The position numbers and the translations under genes are program-made. A model generated the notes under the pieces. The model searched no databases. It had not been told where the DNA came from and saw only the letters and a list, made by a program, of their open reading frames with translations. Shown here piece after piece: positions 20,577 to 30,642 of a DNA stretch of 64,000 bases; the stretch's first letter is position 1; every line of letters begins with the position of its first letter. The stretch is from Nitrososphaeria archaeon (GTDB taxonomy: Archaea; Thermoproteota; Nitrososphaeria; JACIWG01), in the NCBI GenBank assembly GCA_029776065.1, contig JARVJP010000011.1, positions 24,662 to 88,661 of the forward strand, written 5' to 3'.

Positions 20577-20681
20577 TCCGGATTTCAATCTTGTACTAGC
20601 ATCTTATATGCGTTGCTCATTAATATTCGGATATTATTCATAAGTTTAACAAAATTTTTGTAATAAACCAAATATTCCGGA
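20577..20681. promoter_or_regulatory. Three regularly spaced T(C/T)CGGA sites upstream of the Lrp/AsnC gene
   Basis: TCCGGA 20577-20582, TTCGGA 20626-20631, TCCGGA 20676-20681 (spacing 49 and 50 nt) in AT-rich flanks. Confidence 0.4.
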
Positions 20682-20747
20682 TGATATCTTATGTGCGACG
20701 ATAATCTTAATAAAGAACTTCCAATTTTTCATGATGTTGGTAACTAG

Positions 20748-21236
20748 TTGACTCAACTCAAGAGGCCTATACAAGCCAAGGATAAATATCAAGTAGACGA
20801 AGTTGATAAGAAAGTATTAAGAGGGTATCAGCAAGACGCCTCACTTTCTTACAAAGAGTTAAGTGAAATTATTGGTCTACCCTCATCAACAATATTCGAT
20901 AGAGTTAAACGGTTACGTAAAGCTGGTATAATAAAGGCAATTGTGCCAATTTTGGACCCAGAGATGCTGGGGCTTCACACAACGGCATGGATTACGGCTA
21001 AGGTAGAGAAGGGCGCAGACTGTTGCGAGACAGCGGATAGGATTGCTAAGATACCTGGGGTACTAGAAGTCCACGAAATCGTGGGTCTCTATGACATATT
21101 TATCAAGGTTAAAGTGTGTGATAACATAGATTTGCACAATATAAGTGAGCTTATATCGAAGACACCGGGTGTTCAAGAAGCTCATTCTATGGTCGCGTTA
21201 AGAACGGTGAAGGAAGACGTTAGACTTAATATTTGA
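20748..21236 (+). CDS. Lrp/AsnC family transcription regulator
   Basis: DEVDKKVL...STIFDRVKRL HTH, and an EVHEIVGLYD ligand-binding domain. Confidence 0.92.
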   Translation: MTQLKRPIQAKDKYQVDEVDKKVLRGYQQDASLSYKELSEIIGLPSSTIFDRVKRLRKAGIIKAIVPILDPEMLGLHTTAWITAKVEKGADCCETADRIAKIPGVLEVHEIVGLYDIFIKVKVCDNIDLHNISELISKTPGVQEAHSMVALRTVKEDVRLNI

Positions 21237-21267
21237 TCTTAATATAAGATGATAAAAAAAGAAGATC

Positions 21268-21534
21268 TTATTCCAAAAGCTTTAGAGCTTCTTCTCTTGG
21301 AACAGCGACTAGAGTCTCAGATGATACTATTTCGCCATACTTTATCATGGTTTCCATTATCACTTTCTCGTTAGGCGCCTGTGAAATCAGTATGGCGTCA
21401 TATCTGCCTAAGGTCCAATACATAGAGATCGGCTTGAGTCCTTTACTCGCCATTTCTGCTAAAATTTTATTGCTCTCTTCTGGGAAGGTCTTAGAAGGCT
21501 TCTTCTTGAACTTCACTAAGGATATGAATATCAT
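21268..21534 (-). CDS. GYD-domain protein
   Basis: YWTLGRYD motif; 88 aa. Confidence 0.85.
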   Translation of the reverse strand: MIFISLVKFKKKPSKTFPEESNKILAEMASKGLKPISMYWTLGRYDAILISQAPNEKVIMETMIKYGEIVSSETLVAVPREEALKLLE

Positions 21535-21768
21535 ATTCTTCGAATTTTAAACAAAGAAGTTATATTTAAACTTTTATCATAAAAATTCATTATTTTTTTT
21601 AAAAAATATTTAGTTCAATAATTTTTTACATCAAATTTAACTTATGATTTTGAAATTTTAATATAACTAATACATCATTCCATCCATATGTTCCTCCCTC
21701 TGAAATTTGAAATTAAAACTAGAAACAATACTTTAAGAAGGTCGAATACTAGACCTCCTAAAGGTAGG

Positions 21769-22485
21769 ATGATTAATAGACGCCAACTATTCTATATTTC
21801 AACTGCCTCAGTTCTAGGATTAGGTTTTGAGATAGGATATGCCGAAACCAAGCGAATAGAAGTTACAAAACTAGATGTAGGTATAGGAAGAAAAATCATC
21901 TTCTTGGCTGATCTCCATATAGGTGTCTTAGGTCATGTGGCAGAAGAAATAATTGAGTTAGTTGATGAAGAAGAACCGGACATAATTATGCTAGGAGGAG
22001 ATACTGTAGACGAACTAACGGTAGACGTTAAATCGGCTTTAAAAAGTCTTTCTAGTTTAGAAGCTCGAGAAAAGTTTGCTGTCATGGGTAACCACGAATA
22101 TTGGAGTGGTAAAGCAGGAGAGTTGGCGGAGAATCTTAAAGATCAAGGGTTTAAAGTTCTCTACAATTCAGTTGTTTCAAGCACAGCAGGAAAGGTCTAT
22201 GGCTTAGACTGGAAGGAAGACAGGAAATACCCGCAGATAAAGGCTGAAGGAATAGTTATTGTTCACGATCCAAATGCTGCGATGTCTGTGTCTGGTAGCG
22301 CTTTGATACTCGCAGGCCATACTCATGGTGGAGTGGTTCTATTTGGTTTGAAGTATTCTAACTCAGTTTTTACGCGTGGTCTATACAAGATCGATGGGGG
22401 TGGAGTTCTTTATGTTTCAAGAGGGCTTGGACAGATGTTCCCTTGGCGTCTATCTTCCCCTTTAGAACTAGTGATAATAGAATAA
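21769..22485 (+). CDS. Calcineurin-like metallophosphoesterase with a Tat-like signal
   Basis: Probable start MINRRQLF; DLH, GD, GNHE, GHTHGG and VSRGLG motifs. Confidence 0.88.
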   Translation: MINRRQLFYISTASVLGLGFEIGYAETKRIEVTKLDVGIGRKIIFLADLHIGVLGHVAEEIIELVDEEEPDIIMLGGDTVDELTVDVKSALKSLSSLEAREKFAVMGNHEYWSGKAGELAENLKDQGFKVLYNSVVSSTAGKVYGLDWKEDRKYPQIKAEGIVIVHDPNAAMSVSGSALILAGHTHGGVVLFGLKYSNSVFTRGLYKIDGGGVLYVSRGLGQMFPWRLSSPLELVIIE

Positions 22486-22586
22486 GTTGAGAGAAGGTTG
22501 TGTTAACGTACTAACATGCAGGTTTCGTGAGGTGCTTGTTCTTTGATAAGATTTATATGCGACTTCATAGAAGAGTGTATTAAATA

Positions 22587-22910
22587 ATGGGAAATACTAA
22601 GTCCTTGTTACTAATATTTTATGCAGTAAGTTTGATTTTGCTAGCTTTAGCTCCTTGGCTTGATGATGAGGAAATACATGACAGGATACTTAGGGAAAAG
22701 GGTAGAGTAGATGGTACAATTGTGCCGATAGAAAATATTGTTGGAAGCGAGGAAGCGTTAAAAGATATGATAGCATATAGTAAAGCGCATGGCGTAACGG
22801 AAGGACTTCTAATCTGCGATTATGAAGTGATGTGGGCTCCATTTGGAAGGTGGGTTGCAAGCTGTGAAGGTGGTTATTACGTTACATTCTATGGCCAGGT
22901 TATCCCGTAA
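22587..22910 (+). CDS. Hypothetical membrane-anchored protein
   Basis: N-terminal TM, upstream TATA (TTTATAT), conserved-looking WAPFGRWVASCEGGYY C-terminus. Confidence 0.6.
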   Translation: MGNTKSLLLIFYAVSLILLALAPWLDDEEIHDRILREKGRVDGTIVPIENIVGSEEALKDMIAYSKAHGVTEGLLICDYEVMWAPFGRWVASCEGGYYVTFYGQVIP

Positions 22911-22927
22911 ACCGCTAAACCTTTAAT

Positions 22928-23407
22928 CTAAAAACTTAGTGGGAGTTCTTTGCATGAATCGATGATCGTTTTACTAGCTGAGAGCATCCATAAGACTTCT
23001 TCCTTTGTTATAGGTTGGTCGAGAGTTGATCTAAGCTTTATTGTGTTTATATGTTGCGTTGCTTCAATAAAGGATACTTTGACACCTTTTGAGAGGGCTA
23101 GAAAGGACATGTCCACGATGTTCAATTCTGGAGAGAACGGGATTTGAAGAGAAGAGAGTACCTTTGTAAGGACATCTTTCACAGCTGAGTAAGAAAGGGA
23201 TATTGCCTCTTTATAATTCATCGAGTCATAGCTTTCTTTTGCTTTACTGTAGAGTGCTATAGCATCGTTTAGATCTATTGAGATGAAATATTCGCGAGTA
23301 GGTTGAACTGGAATGGATCCTTGCGGGTGAGAAGCTCTTGGTCCTTTAGTAAGATTGTAAGTTATAGCGACAGCTACCATAATACCAAAGGTAATCAGAC
23401 TCCACAT
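22928..23407 (-). CDS. Hypothetical protein: TM anchor plus helical HEPN-like domain
   Basis: AKESYDSMNYKEAISLSYSAV resembles HEPN N-terminal helices; no RxxxxH motif. Confidence 0.5.
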   Translation of the reverse strand: MWSLITFGIMVAVAITYNLTKGPRASHPQGSIPVQPTREYFISIDLNDAIALYSKAKESYDSMNYKEAISLSYSAVKDVLTKVLSSLQIPFSPELNIVDMSFLALSKGVKVSFIEATQHINTIKLRSTLDQPITKEEVLWMLSASKTIIDSCKELPLSF

Positions 23408-23503
23408 AGTGAGGGCGAGTACATCTATCTTTAGCGTAGTTGATCAACCTATGGTAAAGGCTTTGCCTAAAAAACTTTTATAACTTAAAAAGTTGTTCAA
23501 TTA

Positions 23504-23573
23504 ATGGCGTCGATGAGGAATCAGAGTTAATGAGAAGCCTTAATGACTTGAAGGCATTTGTCTGAGACGCCAT
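23504..23573 (+). ncRNA. C/D-box guide sRNA (double guide; probable 23S rRNA targets)
   Basis: 8-bp terminal stem ATGGCGTC/GACGCCAT, C-box ATGAGGA 23513-23519, D' ATGA 23530-23533, D-box CTGA 23562-23565, TATA TTTTATAA 23476-23483. Guides are complementary to UAACUCUGA and CAAAUGCCUU, which I recall from archaeal 23S H69-H71. Confidence 0.78.
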
Positions 23574-23575
23574 CT

Positions 23576-24889
23576 TTAATGAGTATCTGCCAGAGGGACC
23601 TTTGAGCGCAACCATATCACGCTATCTACTTCTTTGAAGCTTTTAATGTAGTGTATAACGACTGTCAACGTCAAAATAAGCATTAGACTTCTAAATACGA
23701 ATAGAATTTTAAGGCTTGGTAAAAGTTCTAAGTAGAGGAGGCGTCTTGAAAGTTCAAGGACGAGGCCACCTAAAGGCGATCCGATGATCATTGATATGTC
23801 CCTTACGACACCGTAAGCGCCATAACCTGCACCCCGCGCCTCTAGGGGTAAGGCGTCTCCAACTAATGCTGTAAACATCGGAGTAGCCATAGCATTGGCT
23901 CCCAAAACTAATGGGATAATTATATAAGCGTCCATGATGTTGTCCACAAATAATAGTAATGGTGAAGTAAGAACTGAAATAAATACTCCTAAAAGCAAAA
24001 CCTTCCATTTGCCATACTTATCTCCAACTTCTCCGAAAAAGAATTGAACAACTAAACTGAAGATCCCTGTTAAGCCTAAGATTAAACCTGTATCTAATTC
24101 GTCGCCGTTTAGGACATTTGTTATGAAGATAGGTGTATACCCTTGCATTAATGAGGCTGCGGTATACAATATTAGTGCGGAGACGGCAAGGTTCTTTAAT
24201 GCCGGAAACTTTTTGAACGTCATCGATGCTTTTTTGAAGTGTTGTACAAAGTTCATCGAATAGATGGCATTAACTCCTTCAAACCTTTCCCTCTTCTGAA
24301 CTGTTTCTTTTAAAAAGAAAAGGGCGAAAACGAAGGCAATAAACGAGAGGCCTGCGCTAAATCCGAAGGTAGCGTTTAGCCCGTACATATTAGAAATTAC
24401 ACCGCCAACAAATGGTCCTGTAAACCAACCAGTGTTATACGCTATTTGAATGGTGGAGATAACCTTCCCTCGGTGTTTGGGTTCGCAGACATCCATTACC
24501 ATCGCATCTGAAACAGGCCACAACGCGCCTGAAAAGAATCCTTGAAAAGCCCTAATCGCAAGGACATGCCAAGTTTGAGTAGCGAATATGTAGAAGATCG
24601 ACACCAAACCGTAGGCAAAAAGTGGTATTACTATGAAGGCCTTGCGACCGTATCTGTCTGAAAGCGACCCGATAGGGCCTTGGGAAAGAACTCTAGTGAC
24701 CGCAAAGATACTTATAGTTAGACCTATTTCGATTTCCGAAGCGTTAAGCTTGTCGTATAGCAGAATAGGGATGATGGGAAGTATCTGACCAAAACCGAGC
24801 ATGGTGATGCCGTTTGAAAGAATTAGGATACCTATTGTTGGGTTCCGTAGAAGAGACCTCCTTGAAAAAGACGCTTCTTTGTTTGGCAT
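23576..24889 (-). CDS. MFS transporter (DHA1-like)
   Basis: GSLSDRYGRK and RAFQG motifs; 12 TM. Confidence 0.9.
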   Translation of the reverse strand: MPNKEASFSRRSLLRNPTIGILILSNGITMLGFGQILPIIPILLYDKLNASEIEIGLTISIFAVTRVLSQGPIGSLSDRYGRKAFIVIPLFAYGLVSIFYIFATQTWHVLAIRAFQGFFSGALWPVSDAMVMDVCEPKHRGKVISTIQIAYNTGWFTGPFVGGVISNMYGLNATFGFSAGLSFIAFVFALFFLKETVQKRERFEGVNAIYSMNFVQHFKKASMTFKKFPALKNLAVSALILYTAASLMQGYTPIFITNVLNGDELDTGLILGLTGIFSLVVQFFFGEVGDKYGKWKVLLLGVFISVLTSPLLLFVDNIMDAYIIIPLVLGANAMATPMFTALVGDALPLEARGAGYGAYGVVRDISMIIGSPLGGLVLELSRRLLYLELLPSLKILFVFRSLMLILTLTVVIHYIKSFKEVDSVIWLRSKVPLADTH

Positions 24890-24919
24890 TTGGAAGAAAC
24901 TTCCCCTCTTCTTAGGTGG

Positions 24920-25768
24920 CTAAATCCTTCCAAGAGCGATGTCCCATAAAATTCTAATATCGTTCATACAAGCCTCATCTGAGTCATATGGTGTTTCCAT
25001 TATTATAGGTAAGTCCTTAATCTCTCTCCTTTGTAAGAAAAACTTGAAGCCTTCTAGGCCTATTTGGCCGAGTCCGATATGTTCATGTCGGTCTAGATGG
25101 CCGTTGAGGGCTCCTTTTGAATCATTGGCATGCACCATTTTTAGACGGTTGAGCCCTATTACTTTGTCAAAATCAGATAGCAAAGATTCTATTTTTGATT
25201 GGGAACGTATATCGTATCCTGCAGCGAACCCGTGGCAGGTGTCGTAACATATTCCAATATGTTTATCATCATCTATTAAGTCTATGCATCTTCTCAAATG
25301 TTCGAATGTGTGGCCTACGCTATTTTTTTGGCCTGCGGTATTCTCAAGTAGTATCATAACGTTGTCGGAAGAAGAAGTTAGAGCGGTGTCGCAAGCTGAT
25401 GCAACTCTTCTAATCCCTTCTTCCTCTGATGTACCCATATGGCTCCCTAAATGAGTTACAAGATAAGGTATGCCTAACTTACCACATTTTACAACTTCTT
25501 CGCATAGAACATTCAAAGACTTTTCGTATTGTTCGCGATTTGGGGAAGCGATGTTAGGGAGATACGGCATGTGAGCGATGGGAAAGAGCTTGGTTTCTTT
25601 GTATTTATTTTTAAAGTTGATATAATCGTATTCAACAAGTTGTTTAGCTCTCCAACCTCGAGGGTTTCTTGTGAAAATTTGGAAAGCAGTGCAACCCATC
25701 GCTTTAGCTCTTTCAAATGATAGACTAATTTCACCTATAATTGAAACATGTGCTCCGATTAGAGGCAT
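24920..25768 (-). CDS. nfo: Endonuclease IV (AP endonuclease)
   Basis: GAHVS, HMPYLPN, LENTAG, DTCH, HANDS, DRHEHIG and MET motifs. Confidence 0.95.
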   Translation of the reverse strand: MPLIGAHVSIIGEISLSFERAKAMGCTAFQIFTRNPRGWRAKQLVEYDYINFKNKYKETKLFPIAHMPYLPNIASPNREQYEKSLNVLCEEVVKCGKLGIPYLVTHLGSHMGTSEEEGIRRVASACDTALTSSSDNVMILLENTAGQKNSVGHTFEHLRRCIDLIDDDKHIGICYDTCHGFAAGYDIRSQSKIESLLSDFDKVIGLNRLKMVHANDSKGALNGHLDRHEHIGLGQIGLEGFKFFLQRREIKDLPIIMETPYDSDEACMNDIRILWDIALGRI

Positions 25769-25841
25769 TCTATCAGAAGAGTTAGACCTTTATAAAATAT
25801 ATAAGCATTAAATTTTAAAGAAGTATGAGAAGTTGGCTTGG

Positions 25842-27077
25842 CTAAGGAGACTCTCCAGCTAACTTCATCGCTTCTACAACTCTATTAACACTCACCACCA
25901 TCGCAGCAGTTCTCATGTCTATGTCCTTCGATTTCGATATAGTGTAAATGTCAAAGAAAGCTTCTCTAATTCTTTTAACCAGCATCTTGTTTACTTCGTC
26001 CTCACTCCAATAGTTTCGTGAAAGGTTCTGTAGCCACTCGAAGTAGCTGACTAAAACCCCGCCGCTGTTAGCTAAGATATCAGGTACCAAAAGTACACCG
26101 TTATCAAAAAGGATTTTGTCCGCTTCAGGTGTTGTAGGACCATTTGCACCTTCAACTATTACTTTAGCTTGGATGTTGTTCGCATTCCCTTTATGTATTT
26201 GTCCCTCCATAGCGGAAGGTATTAGTATGTCGCATTTAATCTCTAAAAGCTCCTCGTTGGTTATGTTCTTAGCTCCTGGAAAATTAATTACAGACCCTGT
26301 TTTCTCTTTATGTTCAAGTAATTTCAATGGGTTCAATCCGTTCTCGTTATATACTCCGCCTTTGGAATCGCTCACCGCTACAATCTTTGCGCCTAGCTCT
26401 TTTGCTATGATCGCAGCGTTTGCCCCAACATTCCCATATCCTTGTATAGCGACCGCACCCTTTATGCTCTTCCTAACTATTTTGGCTGCCTCCTTAGCGA
26501 CAATCACTGCCCCCCTTGAAGTAGCGGTGGTTCGCCCTAAAGATCCGCCAAGAGCAATGGGCTTTCCTGTCACAACACCAGGTTCTTGGTGTCCTACGAG
26601 TTGGCTGTAAGTGCTCATTATCCAAGCCATGACTTGTGCATCGGTGTATACATCAGGTGCTGGGATATCAACATAAGGGCCGATGATTGGGGAAATCATA
26701 ATTGTGAATTTTTTCGTTAAACGTTCGAGTTCTGGCTTTGACATTTCCTTTGGATTGCATGTTACACCTCCTTTTGCACCACCATATGGGATGTTCACAA
26801 CTGCGGTCTTCCAAGTCATCCACATAGCCAAGGCACGAACTTCATTTAAATCTACGTTTGGGTGATACCTTATACCTCCTTTGTAGGGACCACGAGCATC
26901 GTTATGTTGGACGCGATACCCTGTGAAGACCTTGACTTCGCCATTATTCATCTTCACAGGGAAGCTGACCTGTAATTCTCTTTTCGGTTTACTTAAAATT
27001 TCGAGGTATGACTTATCATGGTCGATATGCTTCCAAGAACTTTTAAGTTGTTCGATTGCGATATCATATGCGTTCAA
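25842..27077 (-). CDS. gdhA: Glutamate dehydrogenase
   Basis: GPYKGGIRYHP, GGAKGG, PAPDV, QGYGNVG, EGANGP and NSGGVLVSYFEW motifs. Confidence 0.95.
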   Translation of the reverse strand: MNAYDIAIEQLKSSWKHIDHDKSYLEILSKPKRELQVSFPVKMNNGEVKVFTGYRVQHNDARGPYKGGIRYHPNVDLNEVRALAMWMTWKTAVVNIPYGGAKGGVTCNPKEMSKPELERLTKKFTIMISPIIGPYVDIPAPDVYTDAQVMAWIMSTYSQLVGHQEPGVVTGKPIALGGSLGRTTATSRGAVIVAKEAAKIVRKSIKGAVAIQGYGNVGANAAIIAKELGAKIVAVSDSKGGVYNENGLNPLKLLEHKEKTGSVINFPGAKNITNEELLEIKCDILIPSAMEGQIHKGNANNIQAKVIVEGANGPTTPEADKILFDNGVLLVPDILANSGGVLVSYFEWLQNLSRNYWSEDEVNKMLVKRIREAFFDIYTISKSKDIDMRTAAMVVSVNRVVEAMKLAGESP

Positions 27078-27156
27078 CTAATCATCACGTCAAAGTTAGC
27101 TTTTCCACATAGGTTATAAGTTTTTTTAAACATGCTATAAAAGGTTTAAGTGGAAT

Positions 27157-27825
27157 CTAACTGGATGTGATCAGTGGAAGTAGTTCTCCAAGTGAATGTA
27201 TTATGTAGTCGGGTTTCTCTTGGACCAGTTTCTCTATTGGCGTATACCCTCCAACGACAACTACAGTCTTTATTCCAGCTGCCTTTGATGGAATGATGTC
27301 GATAACGCCGTCTCCAACAGTTAAACATTCATCGGCTTTCACTTTGAAGAGGGAAAGTAGGTGGTAGATCCCTTCAGGGGATGGTTTCATGAACTTCACC
27401 TCGTCCCTAGTCAAAACTATATCAAAATATTTGCGTATGTTAAACTTTTCTAGAATTTCATCAACGGCTTTTTTTCCGCTGTTTGTTAGCAACGCAACTA
27501 TTTTACCCTGTTCTTTTAAGGCTGATAAAGCCTCTAAAGCACCTTTTCTAAGAATGGATTCTTTAGCTGCTTTCTCTTCAAACTTGTCTAGAACTCTGAA
27601 TATGGCAGACCGAACCTTTAAATAAGTCTCATCATCACTGATTCGTCTAACCTCATCGAGCATGGTCATGTAGCTTTGCCTGTAGTCGATTCCGTGTGCT
27701 TTTGGAATGGTTGATTGAATCACTTTGACAACTTCTTCTTTAGCGCTTTGGACATCTAACTTGAATTCTATCAGCGTGCCATCGAGGTCGAAGAAGACTG
27801 CTTTTATCATCGTAGTAGTAAACAA
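27157..27825 (-). CDS. HAD-superfamily hydrolase (phosphoglycolate phosphatase-like)
   Basis: FDLDGTL, LTN, KPSP and VGD motifs. Confidence 0.9.
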   Translation of the reverse strand: MFTTTMIKAVFFDLDGTLIEFKLDVQSAKEEVVKVIQSTIPKAHGIDYRQSYMTMLDEVRRISDDETYLKVRSAIFRVLDKFEEKAAKESILRKGALEALSALKEQGKIVALLTNSGKKAVDEILEKFNIRKYFDIVLTRDEVKFMKPSPEGIYHLLSLFKVKADECLTVGDGVIDIIPSKAAGIKTVVVVGGYTPIEKLVQEKPDYIIHSLGELLPLITSS

Positions 27826-27960
27826 CTTAATGGCTAAAATATTTTTATGAAAAGTTTGATAAGATTTGAAGAATGAATATGCTCTCCGAATTTTATTATC
27901 TGCTTTCTTTCCCTGTTTCTAAAAAAAATTTATGTTTGGATACTGGTAAATCCGATTGTA

Positions 27961-29016
27961 TTGGAAAAAATTCTCGGCTATAGGTGTGTTAGGGAAGGTA
28001 GGCTTTATCAAAAGATGGGTGACAATGGTGTTAAATGTTTATTATGCCATAGAGCATGTTTTATCAAGGAAAATGGGCATGGTTTTTGTAGGACTAGAAC
28101 GAATATTGGAGGGAAGCTGTACACCCTCGTCTATGGGGATATCTCGTCGTTATCACTTAATCCTATAGAAAAGAAGCCGTTCTACCACTTTTTTCCTGGT
28201 AGTGAAGCCTTAACCATTGGAACATGGAGTTGTAACTTTATCTGCCCATGGTGCCAGAACTTTTCCATAAGTAGAGTCTATCCTAAGCCTCAAAGCTCAA
28301 ATTATATTTCACCTGAAGATTTAGTTGAGAGAGCTTACTCTTTAAGATCTCAAGGTACTTCTTTCTCGTTTAATGAACCCACTTTGCTCTTTGAATACGC
28401 TTTAGATGTTTTCCCATTAGCTCATAAAAAGAAGCTTTACAACACGTATGTATCTAATGGTTATATGAGTGATAAAGCCTTAATTTACTTAAAGGAATTC
28501 GGTCTTGACGCTATAAAATTTGATATCAAGGGCGACTTAGAAGTTGTTAGAAGATATTGTGACGCAGATTTAGGGCATATTTGGGGAAATGTAAAATTGG
28601 CTAAAAGGCTTGGTTTACATGTTGAATTGGTAAACCTAATCATCCCAACTGTGAACGACGGAGAGGACATTATAAAAGATGTTGTAGAAGGATTTCTTAA
28701 GTATGCTGGTGAAATGACGCCGTTACATTTTACCCGCTTCTTTCCGAGTTATAAAATGAGTGATGTTAAGCCGACACCTGTTAGTACCCTTGAAAAGGCC
28801 TATGAGATCGCTAAAAAGATGGGGATAAAATACGTTTACTTAGGAAATGTGCCTGGTCATCGATATGAAAACACTTACTGCCATAACTGCGGGAAGCTAC
28901 TCTTAGAGAGAAGTGGGTTTGCAATATTTAAAAACCGTCTTAGTGACGGACGTTGTCCAAATTGCAATACAAAGGTTCCTATAATTGAATATCTTCCATT
29001 CGATCAGGCCAAATGA
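27961..29016 (+). CDS. AmmeMemoRadiSam-type radical SAM enzyme (PFL-activase-like)
   Basis: NPIEKKPFYHFFPG, CNFICPWCQN, LHFTRFFP, YVYLGNV and a C-terminal Zn ribbon. Confidence 0.88.
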   Translation: MEKILGYRCVREGRLYQKMGDNGVKCLLCHRACFIKENGHGFCRTRTNIGGKLYTLVYGDISSLSLNPIEKKPFYHFFPGSEALTIGTWSCNFICPWCQNFSISRVYPKPQSSNYISPEDLVERAYSLRSQGTSFSFNEPTLLFEYALDVFPLAHKKKLYNTYVSNGYMSDKALIYLKEFGLDAIKFDIKGDLEVVRRYCDADLGHIWGNVKLAKRLGLHVELVNLIIPTVNDGEDIIKDVVEGFLKYAGEMTPLHFTRFFPSYKMSDVKPTPVSTLEKAYEIAKKMGIKYVYLGNVPGHRYENTYCHNCGKLLLERSGFAIFKNRLSDGRCPNCNTKVPIIEYLPFDQAK

Positions 29017-29111
29017 GTTATCGCAAAACATTTGTTGATTCAAATTTTATTAGAGGAAAGTTTCGCCTTCTAAAAATTAATGTTTGTTAGATATATGCTT
29101 AAAGGTAGCGT

Positions 29112-30242
29112 TTGGCGAGTAGGTTGTTGAGCATACTATTGGGTAAATGCAAAGTCTGTAAAAAGGTTTCACCGCTTATTTCCAGCAATTTAGGTGTCTG
29201 CTTAGAATGCATTAGAAAAAGGCCTGAAGAAGCGCTGAGAGTAACAGATGAAGTTCACGCATTCACCCGTAAGGAGTACGCTCTCCCGCCAAAGCCTCCT
29301 AAAAAAGGTATTTCATGTAGCATATGTTCAAACGATTGTAGGATTCCTGAAGGCGAAAAAGGTTATTGCGGTCTGGTGTACAATAAAGAAGGCCAGCTTT
29401 ACAGGATCGGAGGGACTCATGAGAAAGGTTTACTTGAATGGTATTATGACCCATTACCTACCAACTGCGTTGCGGAATGGTTCTGTCCCGGGTGTACTGG
29501 CGCTGGTTATCCGAAGTATGCATATAGATGTTCTGCAGAATATGGGTACTCTAATTTAGCTGTCTTTTATGGTGCATGCAGTTTCGATTGCTTGTTCTGT
29601 CAAAACTGGCATTATAAGAGTTTAACGTTTAAAGGCAACCCTATAGTAAGTTCCCAATACCTAGCATCACAAGTGAGAGCTAATGTCTCTTGTATTTGTT
29701 ACTTTGGTGGAGACCCATCTGTTCAAATGCCACATGCACTTAAAACATGTCAAATAGTGTTAGAGCGTGCCAAAGTAACTGGTCGCATACTTAGGGTGTG
29801 CTGGGAGACCAATGGATACTGGAAGAGAGAGTTTGCTCTACAAGCTACGAAGATCTCACTTGAAAGTGGTGGTATCATCAAAGTCGATCTGAAATCATGG
29901 GATGAAAACTTGAACAAGGCTTTTTGTGGGGTGTCAAACACCCCGACCTTGATTGTCTTTAAAGAAATTGGCAAGTTTTTCAGAGAACGCCCTGAACTAC
30001 CGGTTTTAACTGCTAGCACACTCCTCGTTCCAGGATATGTAGATGTGGAAGAAGTTCGTAATTTAGCCAAGTTCATCTCTGAAATCGACCCTAGGATACC
30101 TTACTCCCTTTTAGCCTTCTGCCCACAATATATCCTAACGGACCTTCTAACAACAAGTAAAGAACACGCTTTCAACTGTTATGAAGTGGCTAAAAAATAC
30201 CTCGAAAACGTTAAGATAGAAAACATTCAACTACTTTCATGA
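29112..30242 (+). CDS. Radical SAM protein (PFL-activase-like, N-terminal Cys clusters)
   Basis: YYDPLPTNCV, CSFDCLFCQN, YFGGDP and WETNG motifs. Confidence 0.88.
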   Translation: MASRLLSILLGKCKVCKKVSPLISSNLGVCLECIRKRPEEALRVTDEVHAFTRKEYALPPKPPKKGISCSICSNDCRIPEGEKGYCGLVYNKEGQLYRIGGTHEKGLLEWYYDPLPTNCVAEWFCPGCTGAGYPKYAYRCSAEYGYSNLAVFYGACSFDCLFCQNWHYKSLTFKGNPIVSSQYLASQVRANVSCICYFGGDPSVQMPHALKTCQIVLERAKVTGRILRVCWETNGYWKREFALQATKISLESGGIIKVDLKSWDENLNKAFCGVSNTPTLIVFKEIGKFFRERPELPVLTASTLLVPGYVDVEEVRNLAKFISEIDPRIPYSLLAFCPQYILTDLLTTSKEHAFNCYEVAKKYLENVKIENIQLLS

Positions 30243-30364
30243 TAGAAGTGGGCGTGATAAATTATTAGTCACTTAGAGAAGATTTTTATCGTTTTTACTA
30301 CTTTTAACTAATATCCATTTAAAGTTTTTTTAAAAAAATTATTTTGATCGTTTATCACTAGCCT

Positions 30365-30547
30365 TTACCGAGCCCCTGTATTTGATGAGAACCCAATGAT
30401 GTAACCGCATTTCTTACAGACGTACGCGTAATGTTTTTCAAACCCTCCTCGAAAGTTTACGTCTAATATGTCATTAATGTTCAACCATTGATCGCATTTT
30501 GGACATTTTCCTATATTACCACCTGGCATAACTATCAAAGCTATCAC
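30365..30547 (-). CDS. Small Zn-ribbon protein
   Basis: CPKC...CKKCG; TATA TTTTATAAA and an AGGTGA SD-like sequence upstream (true start probably MPGGN). Confidence 0.65.
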   Translation of the reverse strand: MIALIVMPGGNIGKCPKCDQWLNINDILDVNFRGGFEKHYAYVCKKCGYIIGFSSNTGAR

Positions 30548-30642
30548 CTTGTTTATAAAAGTGATGCGGTTAGGGCTTCAAATACCTCCATTAAACCTTA
30601 TAAGAAATAACGTTATATTCGTTGTTTTCTTAGGTTGAGTGG

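Noticed and set aside
23504-23573. Fluoride riboswitch reading of this element
   Set aside because: It lacks the GGCGAUG...UCGCC pseudoknot pairing and a downstream fluoride-related gene; the C/D-box layout fits better.
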